Shown piece after piece: positions 7,299 through 14,527 of a stretch of DNA of 39,955 bases (positions are counted from its first letter, which is position 1; every line of letters begins with the position of its first letter). The stretch comes from a virus (Duplodnaviria > Caudoviricetes), in IMG/VR virus record IMGVR_UViG_3300014867_000003, positions 1 through 39,955 of that record. The stretch is one strand, 5' to 3'. The translations under genes were made by a program, and so were the position numbers. The notes under the pieces are model-generated. The model was not told the DNA's origin and did no database searches. It saw only the letters and a program-made list of their open reading frames with translations.

Positions 7299-8225
7299 TT
7301 AGACCTCTGATGAGGCAATGACGTCCCCGAAGGTATAGGTATCTGGGGTCGGATCTTCATTCTCTTGCTCAATATCCTCGAACGGAAACGCGACGGGCAC
7401 CAGCTCCTCGTTCGCCTGAGTCGTATCTCCGAAGTCAAACGCATCGGGCGTCGGATCCTCGTTGTCTTGGATGTGGTTCCCAAAGTCGTAAACATCTCCA
7501 ATCCCGAGGGTCTCCTCTGAGACGACACCAATCGGGACGATAGCCGCCCCTAGTACGAAGGTATAGGTATCACCGAAGGCTTCGGACGAGAGCGCCCCCA
7601 CGGCGTTGATCTGCTGATTAAGCTGCGGCGTTCCGAAGGCTTCTGCCGACGGGACACCGGTTTCCTCGGTCTCTTGGTTAGCGGACGGGGTTCCAAACGC
7701 CTCTGCCGAGGGGATGCTGGTACAGTTTATCTGCTGATTGAGCTGAGAAGTTCCAAAGGCCTCTGCACTGGTGACACCCGCTAGATAGAGGATTTGGCCC
7801 GCAACAGCCTCGACGAACGGGGTTCCAACGGCTTCTGTGCTTGCAATCCCGGTACAATTGATCTGCTGATTAAGGCGGGTGGTTCCAAAAGCCTCTGCAC
7901 TAGAGATTCCAGACGGTACAATCTGAAGATTGAGGGTAGCGGTACCAAAGGCCTCGGCTGTGGGGATGCCGGTACAGTTTATCTGCTGATTGAGTTGGGC
8001 TGTACCAAATGTCTCTGCGCTGACAATGCCGGTGGCTAAAATTTGCTGGTTGAGTTGGGCCGTGCCGAACGCTTCAGCCGATGCTATGCCGACGGTGGTG
8101 ATGGTCGAGGCTTCCGTTCCGGCGGTCAGGAGAGCTTCGTCGAATATACCCTCGTTTTGCAGAAGGGGGTCGAACATCCCCTCGTTGTCTAGGGACGGAT
8201 CAAATAGGCCGGTGTTGTTCGCCAT
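7299..8225 (-). CDS. Fibre-associated repeat protein (10 x ~20-aa GIASAEAFGT repeats, acidic 17-aa C-terminal repeats)
   Basis: Repeats visible in protein and as 60-bp periodicity; N-terminal G-x-FD motif three times; position in tail module. Confidence 0.75.
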   Translation of the reverse strand: MANNTGLFDPSLDNEGMFDPLLQNEGIFDEALLTAGTEASTITTVGIASAEAFGTAQLNQQILATGIVSAETFGTAQLNQQINCTGIPTAEAFGTATLNLQIVPSGISSAEAFGTTRLNQQINCTGIASTEAVGTPFVEAVAGQILYLAGVTSAEAFGTSQLNQQINCTSIPSAEAFGTPSANQETEETGVPSAEAFGTPQLNQQINAVGALSSEAFGDTYTFVLGAAIVPIGVVSEETLGIGDVYDFGNHIQDNEDPTPDAFDFGDTTQANEELVPVAFPFEDIEQENEDPTPDTYTFGDVIASSEV

Positions 8226-8227
8226 GA

Positions 8228-8782
8228 CTACCCAGTCTTCCAGACCACCAACGAGGACCCGGCCTTAAGCGTAGTGGCGGCTGCAACTTCAGATCCGTGG
8301 TATAGTTCGATATCACCAGCAACGGTAACCACCATCACCCCATCGATGCGGATCATTAGATCGGAATTTGCTGCGTCTACTGACACCGAGGTTCCCCAGC
8401 CAGCGGTCGATTTCGCGCGAGCGGCCATAACCGTGAACACCTGCCCAGCACCGCCCGCCCCGGCCTGAGTGGCGGCAGCCGTTGCGCCCGTAGCCTGTGT
8501 GTCGCAGAAATGGAGGTTTGCGACAAACGCCGTGACGGTGCCGGTGAAGTTCACAGAGAACCGAATTCCTGTCGTAGTCGCCGCCGCCTGATACCTTAAG
8601 TAGTACTGGAAAGCATACGTGCCTACAGGCAAGGATAGGCTCATCGAGGTGGCTTCAGAGGGCGTCGTCGAGCTAGTGCTCTTGTCCGAAAAGAGGAAGG
8701 AGCGCCACACCTGATTGTTGGTGACGGTGAGATTCTTCTTAGTGGCGCCGGTCGTGGCCAAAGGCCGAAATCCCTTACTCAT
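8228..8782 (-). CDS. Putative receptor-binding jelly-roll head (C1q/TNF/BclA-CTD-like), paralog C
   Basis: Shares GTY.FQY, FSV(N/D), ARA, VD..N.D, GDI.LY and G(S/T)(S/T)L motifs with its two neighbours; fold is inferred. Confidence 0.65.
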   Translation of the reverse strand: MSKGFRPLATTGATKKNLTVTNNQVWRSFLFSDKSTSSTTPSEATSMSLSLPVGTYAFQYYLRYQAAATTTGIRFSVNFTGTVTAFVANLHFCDTQATGATAAATQAGAGGAGQVFTVMAARAKSTAGWGTSVSVDAANSDLMIRIDGVMVVTVAGDIELYHGSEVAAATTLKAGSSLVVWKTG

Positions 8783-9333
8783 TAGCCCACCCTATGGAGG
8801 TAAAGTGTCGATCCCGTAGAAATCGTAAGCTGGTTGCCGCCCCCGTCTGAGGATTGGTAGAGTTCAATATCGCCCGGAGAGATTACCGACACCATGCCTT
8901 CGATGCGCGTGAACATATCGGCGTTGGCCGTGTCTACGTTGCCAATGGTGTTTACAGACACCGTGCCTGCGGCCCGAGCCGAATTTACGCAATAACACTG
9001 TCCGGCAGCACCAACCGCGTCTTGGTCGGCTACAAGTGTGGAGGCCGTCGCGCTTGTATCAACGAGGAAGAAGTTGTATATGAAGAAGTCGGTTGTGCCG
9101 GTCGAGAAATTGACAGACAGCTTAAACCCTGCGGCAGTATTGTTGGACTGCCAGATGATGAAGTACTGAAAGATATAAACCCCGGGGGTTAGGGTTGTAC
9201 TCAGCCCCGTAACTTCCGCCTGGGTGGCGCTCGTCGTTACGTGGTCAGCGGCCAGCCGCACGAAGGTAAGATAGGGGTTGGTTTCCTGTACCACCACTAC
9301 CGGGATACCGTTTGCGTCATATTGTGTGAACAT
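8782..9333 (-). CDS. Putative receptor-binding jelly-roll head, paralog B
   Basis: Same shared motifs; TAATG coupling on both sides. Confidence 0.65.
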   Translation of the reverse strand: MFTQYDANGIPVVVVQETNPYLTFVRLAADHVTTSATQAEVTGLSTTLTPGVYIFQYFIIWQSNNTAAGFKLSVNFSTGTTDFFIYNFFLVDTSATASTLVADQDAVGAAGQCYCVNSARAAGTVSVNTIGNVDTANADMFTRIEGMVSVISPGDIELYQSSDGGGNQLTISTGSTLYLHRVG

Positions 9334-9884
9334 TAGACCACCTTCATCAGGACTAGCGATGTGCCCGGACGCACTGAGGTTGCGGTGGCGTCTTCAGAAC
9401 CGTGGTACAGGCGAATATCACCCTGAGTGGTTACGACCATAATTCCCTCAACCTTAGCGAACATATCGGCATTTTGCGTATCTACCGAGATCGTGGTGCC
9501 CCAACCAGCCGAGGACTTCGCGCGCGCGGCAAACGCGCAATACACCTGCCCGCCCGCAGCGACTGCGTCTTGATCGGCTGCCGCAGTAGAAGCAGCGGCC
9601 GTGTTGTCGCACACGTGCCAGTTGGCCACGAACTTCGAAGTCGTTCCAGTATAATCAACCGAAAAGCGAACCCCGGTGCCGGTGGCTGTGGACTGGTATA
9701 TGATGAAGTACTGAAACACGTATGTGCCGGGCTGCAGCGTCAGGCTAAGAGCCACAACCTCGGTGGGCGAAGCCGTACTATTCGACTGGGAAGCCGACAA
9801 CGACACCGCCGCGATGCGCGGATCAGACACGGCCTGGGCTTCTTTCAGCTGGCCAAGGGCGTCTCGATATGAGAAATTACCCAT
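9333..9884 (-). CDS. Putative receptor-binding jelly-roll head, paralog A
   Basis: Same shared motifs; starts in the +1 frame inside the end of 9877..10203. Confidence 0.65.
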   Translation of the reverse strand: MGNFSYRDALGQLKEAQAVSDPRIAAVSLSASQSNSTASPTEVVALSLTLQPGTYVFQYFIIYQSTATGTGVRFSVDYTGTTSKFVANWHVCDNTAAASTAAADQDAVAAGGQVYCAFAARAKSSAGWGTTISVDTQNADMFAKVEGIMVVTTQGDIRLYHGSEDATATSVRPGTSLVLMKVV

Positions 9885-10203
9885 CGTAAGAGAACGACTC
9901 CCCGGCGGCTAAAGTCACCTTATAGAGGTTGGCACCAACCGATCCGTCGTAGATCTCGACCGTGACTGTGTTCGGGGTGCTGGCATCAGTGTTGAACACA
10001 AACAGGGACTTGACGTTGCGCTGCACAGAGCTAGCGGGCGCGGCTACCACGGTGGTAGTGGTGTTGGTCGAGATTGAGGTGTTGGTGCTTCCGGGAGTTG
10101 AGGTGGCGCCGTCCCAGTCAACATAGGATGCGTGGACTTCAACTACCGTAGAGGCCGATGTGACGATTCGAATGACCTTGCTGGTTGTGTCTAAGATAAC
10201 CAT
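9877..10203 (-). CDS. 108-aa Thr/Ser-rich beta module (fibre/RBP N-terminal adaptor)
   Basis: AAAGGA RBS; VHASYVD...TTTTVVAAPASSVQRNVK...LAAGE, a motif set I recall from phage fibre N-termini. Confidence 0.7.
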   Translation of the reverse strand: MVILDTTSKVIRIVTSASTVVEVHASYVDWDGATSTPGSTNTSISTNTTTTVVAAPASSVQRNVKSLFVFNTDASTPNTVTVEIYDGSVGANLYKVTLAAGESFSYDG

Positions 10204-10234
10204 AGTAATTCCTTTCTAACTCCTACACGAGGGG

Positions 10235-12673
10235 CTAAACCTCCTCGCTCTCTTGTACTAGGTCTCCGAAATCATAGACGTCGGGTACGGGATCTTCGTT
10301 ATCTTGAATGATGTCGCCATAGTCAAACAACAGGCCAACCCCAAAGGCTTCAGCCGAAACCACACCCACCGGAAATACCGAGAAATTTAGGGTTAGAGTT
10401 CCGAACGCCTCGGCCGTGGGGATACCGACGGCGTAAACCAATGGGCGGACAGAAGTCGTACCGAACGCCTCTGCTGAAGCAATTCCGGCGGTGTTAATTT
10501 GTTGATTTAAAGTGGCCGTGCCGAAGGCTTCAGCCGAAGGAATGCCCGACGGGGATATGGACGACCGGACCGATGCCGTTCCGACCGCTTCGGCCGAGGG
10601 AATACCGGTACAATTTATCTGCTGATTTAGTTGGGGTGTTCCAAACGCTCCCGCACTCGCAATTCCGGTGCACACAATCTGTAGATTTAACTGAGCCGTA
10701 CCAAAGGCCTCGGCGCTGGCCACCCCAGTAGCACGGATCTGCTGATTTAGTTGGGGCGTTCCGAACGCTTCGGCCGAGGGAATACCCGACGGGGATACGA
10801 GTTGGGCCTCCGTCTCTACGGACGGCGTACCAAACGCCTCAGCACTTGCAATACCGGTACAATTTATCTGCTGATTTAGTTGGGGTGTTCCAAACGCCTC
10901 TGCACTAGCAACGCCGGTACAATTTATCTGCTGATTTAGTTGTGGAGTTCCAAACGCTTCTGTGCTCGCGATTCCCGATGGGGAGATACTCAGCCCAATG
11001 GAAGCTGTACCAAACGCTTCTGTGCTCGCGATTCCTGCACAAACAACCTGCTGGTTTAATTGTGCGGTTCCGAAAGCTTCGGCGCTCGCGATGCCGGAAG
11101 GTGAAATAGCCGGATTGATGGACGCAGTGCCAAAAGCTTCCGCTGAAGCAATGCCGTTAGCGCCTGTATCTAGACTGATGCCCTGATTAAAGGCGGGGAG
11201 TCTGAACGTAACACCAAGGTACGCGTAAAAGCCTTGGGCCGGAGCAGAGGCAGAGGGGGTTGTGGCAACCTGCGCAGCCGAAATGTCGTCTTTGCGTATG
11301 GTTTGAAACGAGGCGTCTGTACCTGTGGTGGTGCTGGCCGCTGTACCTTCATCCCAACCACTGTTCACCATGGAAAACGCCTGATCGTCCAGCGAAATAC
11401 CAAATTGAATAGCAGTACGCGCGGACGCGCCACTAGAAAGCTGGGTGACAGGGCCGTTTTGATTGGCGGTGGTGTACGGGTTGGAAGCGACAGCAAAGTC
11501 CCACGGCGTTTGCGCAAACGCCGCATTCCGGACTACGTAAGCGCGACCAGCAAAGCAGGTATCAGTGCCTGTGTCCCACCCGGCCCCGCGCGTACACACC
11601 GGATTTGTTTCCGACGAAGACGCCGCCACTTTATAAAACCAAGCCACCCAACCATCAACGTCAGCGCCGGGTCCATCTCCCACCTGACTTACAATCGCCG
11701 TATACCCAGAGGGTGTGGGAATTTCTAAAATTTCATCATCCAAGGAATTAGGCGCCCAGATACCCAAAGCCAAAACAATGATGTCGTTGGTGGCGTGCTC
11801 GGGAAGGGTAACGGTCAAGCTACCGGAAGTGTTCGAAGCTACTGCGCCTTCGCGGAACAAATACGGGGCGTCCAAGTGCCGCGCCAAAGAACCAAAAGCC
11901 TCAGCAGAAGCAATGCCATCAGCCGAGATAGTCTGTGCAAAGGGCTTTTTAAACGAAATACCCATGAAGCAGTAATAGCCCGTACCAACCGCCGAGACCA
12001 CAGACGCGGTTTCGGACGTCGAGGCGTTTATGTTTTCTTTTCTAGCAGTCTGGAAAGCGCAATCAGTACCGGTAGTGTCGTTTACTTCGAGTCCGGGAGT
12101 CCACCCGGTCGGCGCCATGGAAAACGCGGTGTTGTCCATGCACACGCCGAACACGATACCGGTACGCTGCTCACCATTAACGTCCATGCCCGGCATGTTT
12201 TGGTTGGCGGCTGTGTAGGCACCGTTGATATCTGTTTCATCAAAAGAACCATTGGCGCCTATCGTCATGCTCCCATGTGCAGCGCCGCGAATCGTATACG
12301 CACGACCAGCAAAGCAGGTGTCGGTGCCTGTGTCCCAAGCCACAGGAAGAGTAAACGATGGGTTGGTTTCAGATGAGGACTCGGCGGCCTTAGCTATCCA
12401 AAAGGCTATGCCGTCAAGGCTTCCCTCAGCTATGTAATTAGAAAGCAGCGTCCAACCAGCGGGGTAGGCGATTACGTCAAAATCCGGGGAGTTTGGCGCC
12501 CACAACCCGAGGCTGACAATTAAAACGTCGCCTGATTGGTGGGCGGGCAGAGTTACAGTAAGGGCGCCAGTGGTGCTAGCGGCAATCGCGCCTTCTGCAA
12601 ATAGAAACGGTGCGCCATGTGGCGTAATTTCACCAAACGAGGACGAGCAAAAACTGCCTTGCCCAAAACACAT
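10235..12673 (-). CDS. Large fibre-associated protein: two tandem ~240-aa domains plus 14 tandem ~20-aa repeats and an acidic tail
   Basis: LTVTLP.H and WDTGTDTCFAGRAY each occur twice; GIASAEAFGT repeats at about 10340..11155. Confidence 0.75.
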   Translation of the reverse strand: MCFGQGSFCSSSFGEITPHGAPFLFAEGAIAASTTGALTVTLPAHQSGDVLIVSLGLWAPNSPDFDVIAYPAGWTLLSNYIAEGSLDGIAFWIAKAAESSSETNPSFTLPVAWDTGTDTCFAGRAYTIRGAAHGSMTIGANGSFDETDINGAYTAANQNMPGMDVNGEQRTGIVFGVCMDNTAFSMAPTGWTPGLEVNDTTGTDCAFQTARKENINASTSETASVVSAVGTGYYCFMGISFKKPFAQTISADGIASAEAFGSLARHLDAPYLFREGAVASNTSGSLTVTLPEHATNDIIVLALGIWAPNSLDDEILEIPTPSGYTAIVSQVGDGPGADVDGWVAWFYKVAASSSETNPVCTRGAGWDTGTDTCFAGRAYVVRNAAFAQTPWDFAVASNPYTTANQNGPVTQLSSGASARTAIQFGISLDDQAFSMVNSGWDEGTAASTTTGTDASFQTIRKDDISAAQVATTPSASAPAQGFYAYLGVTFRLPAFNQGISLDTGANGIASAEAFGTASINPAISPSGIASAEAFGTAQLNQQVVCAGIASTEAFGTASIGLSISPSGIASTEAFGTPQLNQQINCTGVASAEAFGTPQLNQQINCTGIASAEAFGTPSVETEAQLVSPSGIPSAEAFGTPQLNQQIRATGVASAEAFGTAQLNLQIVCTGIASAGAFGTPQLNQQINCTGIPSAEAVGTASVRSSISPSGIPSAEAFGTATLNQQINTAGIASAEAFGTTSVRPLVYAVGIPTAEAFGTLTLNFSVFPVGVVSAEAFGVGLLFDYGDIIQDNEDPVPDVYDFGDLVQESEEV

Positions 12674-12691
12674 GGCGCGTGTTCCATCTTT

Positions 12692-12883
12692 CTAAGTAAG
12701 TGGGACAACTCTAAGGTTTGATATATCTGCAAGAGTGAAAGTCCTATTTGGGTCTTCCCTCTGTATGGTGCTAACCACCGATGCCCTCAGTGTGGACTTG
12801 GATGCTGGCAAATCAACCGGGTCCGTAGAAACGTCGCGCCCCAGCCTAACAATCCAAGCAGTGAACATGACCAACATGGCCAC
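12692..12883 (-). CDS. Small protein following the fibre gene (possible fibre chaperone)
   Basis: 63 aa; position only. Confidence 0.45.
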   Translation of the reverse strand: MAMLVMFTAWIVRLGRDVSTDPVDLPASKSTLRASVVSTIQREDPNRTFTLADISNLRVVPLT

Positions 12884-12886
12884 ACC

Positions 12887-13972
12887 CTAGGTGCCCGACA
12901 ACCTACCACGTCGGTCAATCCACCCGAAAGTTGAAATATCGAACGTTTCACCAGTGGACCCCGCAGCAATCGCCGCGTCCCACTCGATTTGCGAGCTTGA
13001 GCTTACACGCAATTCAAAGTGGCCTGAGGCTCCAGAGTCATTGGCGCCCGCTGTACCGTCGCCCTCTCTCATCATTAAAGACGCAATGCCGGTAGTTGAC
13101 GCTGGGGTGACGTTGCCCTCGACCAACTCCGAAAATACGATGATGGTTTCGCCCCCAACGTTCATAGCCGTACACGAACACGCTGCACGAAACCTCGCAA
13201 TTGACGAGGGTGGTGCAGTTAGAGTCACTGCCGCAGCGGTTGAAGTTGGGGTCTGTGATAGGTCGTTTACCTGCGTTGTGAGAGTAAAGTGGTCATCGAT
13301 CTGCGTAAACTGCAGAATGTTGCCGCTGCCGTCGTTACGAATCCAGCCAATGCGGCGCTGCACCGTATAGCTGGCCGGAAGAGTGGCCCTATTTGCGGTG
13401 GTGGTGAACATCACATCAACCACACCAGTGTCCAGCCGCTTGATTAGGTGGACCTCATACCACGTGCTGTTGGCTTCGGCGCCTGTGTTGATGCCGCCGT
13501 TACCGGTACCAACCGCCCAAGCCGCATCCAGCCGCTTGGTTATCGCGGCAGTCAAAACCATATCGTGGTTGCCGTTTTCGTCGCGGCATTCACCAGCGGC
13601 AACGGTTATGTCGTTAGCAGTATCGGCCGCATTCGACATGGTGAGGCCCCAAATATGGCCTCGGGGCATAAAGCCCGTTGCAGGCAGAGCGCAGTAAATG
13701 AAGCGAGTACCTGCGGCCCAGCTTACAGCCGCATTGGAATTGCTGGACGCTATAATGGTGGTGCGAGCTAGGGTATCAGTGCCAGCGTCTGTTACGGTCC
13801 CTACGCCGATTTCCCAATTAGTGCCGTCCTCAGCAACATAATAGCACGTGTTGGTATTGCCGATACCCGCAACAAACGTCTGAAAACCAGTAACGGCACC
13901 TCCAAGATTGTAAGTGCCGGTGCCGGTTGTGGTCGAAGTTTCCTTAACTCGATTAGCGTGAACTAAAGCCAC
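12887..13972 (-). CDS. Tail fibre/receptor-binding protein
   Basis: ANRVKETSTTTGTG...WEIGVGT...LARTTIIASSN N-domain followed by PRGHIWGLTMSN...ITKRLDAAWAVG domain; GTG 13972 with GAGG RBS. Confidence 0.75.
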   Translation of the reverse strand: MALVHANRVKETSTTTGTGTYNLGGAVTGFQTFVAGIGNTNTCYYVAEDGTNWEIGVGTVTDAGTDTLARTTIIASSNSNAAVSWAAGTRFIYCALPATGFMPRGHIWGLTMSNAADTANDITVAAGECRDENGNHDMVLTAAITKRLDAAWAVGTGNGGINTGAEANSTWYEVHLIKRLDTGVVDVMFTTTANRATLPASYTVQRRIGWIRNDGSGNILQFTQIDDHFTLTTQVNDLSQTPTSTAAAVTLTAPPSSIARFRAACSCTAMNVGGETIIVFSELVEGNVTPASTTGIASLMMREGDGTAGANDSGASGHFELRVSSSSQIEWDAAIAAGSTGETFDISTFGWIDRRGRLSGT

Positions 13973-14012
13973 AAACAATCCTCACAATTCTGGGGGCCGT
14001 AATACAAACGCT

Positions 14013-14065
14013 AATACAAGCCAAAGAGCTTGTATCGGGCCAATACAAGCCAAAGAGCTTGTATT
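14013..14065. repeat. Two direct copies of a 23-bp palindrome, AATACAAGC-CAAAGA-GCTTGTAT
   Basis: Copies at 14013..14035 and 14042..14064; extra half-site AATACAA at 14001. Confidence 0.9.
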
Positions 14066-14492
14066 ACAGCTTGAAGATCTTGTTTGCTCCGTTGTCCCAT
14101 ACCACGGTGATATCACCACCGTTGGGAGTGATCGGCAGACCGGTAGCCGTGTCGATGTACGCGATCAGAAGATCGGTCGTACCCGAAGCGGACGTACCAC
14201 CGCCACCACCATCCTTCCAGATGATGAGGGCTTCAGACTGGTCGCCAGACACCGTGCTGAAGACCGCGTCTGTGGCGTCAGCAACCCCCAGCGCCGCAGA
14301 TTTACCGGAGAGGGTGGCCGTAGCGACTTTGGCCGCCGCAGGCACCGTATCGGTGTTCATGTACTGGTGCACATCGATCGAAACCGCGTAGTCGGCCGCA
14401 TCGATCAACGTTACCTTGATAGTGTCAGCGACCCAGTCGATATCGCCCAGAAGGAAGGCGTTTCGCCCGAGACCATAGAGTGCATTTGCCAT
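14064..14492 (-). CDS. Small virion structural protein (fibre subunit/minor tail type)
   Basis: MANALY...IDW..DTIKV...LIAYID..TGLPITPNGGDITVVWDNGANKIFKL, a conserved phage family as I recall it; GGAAAGGA RBS. Confidence 0.75.
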   Translation of the reverse strand: MANALYGLGRNAFLLGDIDWVADTIKVTLIDAADYAVSIDVHQYMNTDTVPAAAKVATATLSGKSAALGVADATDAVFSTVSGDQSEALIIWKDGGGGGTSASGTTDLLIAYIDTATGLPITPNGGDITVVWDNGANKIFKL

Positions 14493-14519
14493 GACTAGTA
14501 TCCTTTCCTAAGTACCCGA

Positions 14520-14527
14520 TTTTACAC
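14520..14527 (-). promoter_or_regulatory. GTGTAAAA motif upstream of the fibre module
   Basis: Recurring intergenic motif, 27 nt before the ATG. Confidence 0.55.

Noticed and set aside
8228-10203. Shufflon or invertase-type cassette switching among the three head paralogs
   Set aside because: All copies are co-oriented with their own coupled starts; I see no shared crossover sequence at their 5' ends and no recombinase in the window
7500-11155. 60-bp periodic repeats as a CRISPR array or DGR template/variable pair
   Set aside because: They are in-frame coding repeats with synonymous variation; no unique spacers, no adenine-specific mismatch pattern noticed, and no cas or reverse transcriptase gene in the window
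14013-14065. Mini-CRISPR array
   Set aside because: Only two copies with a 6-nt gap
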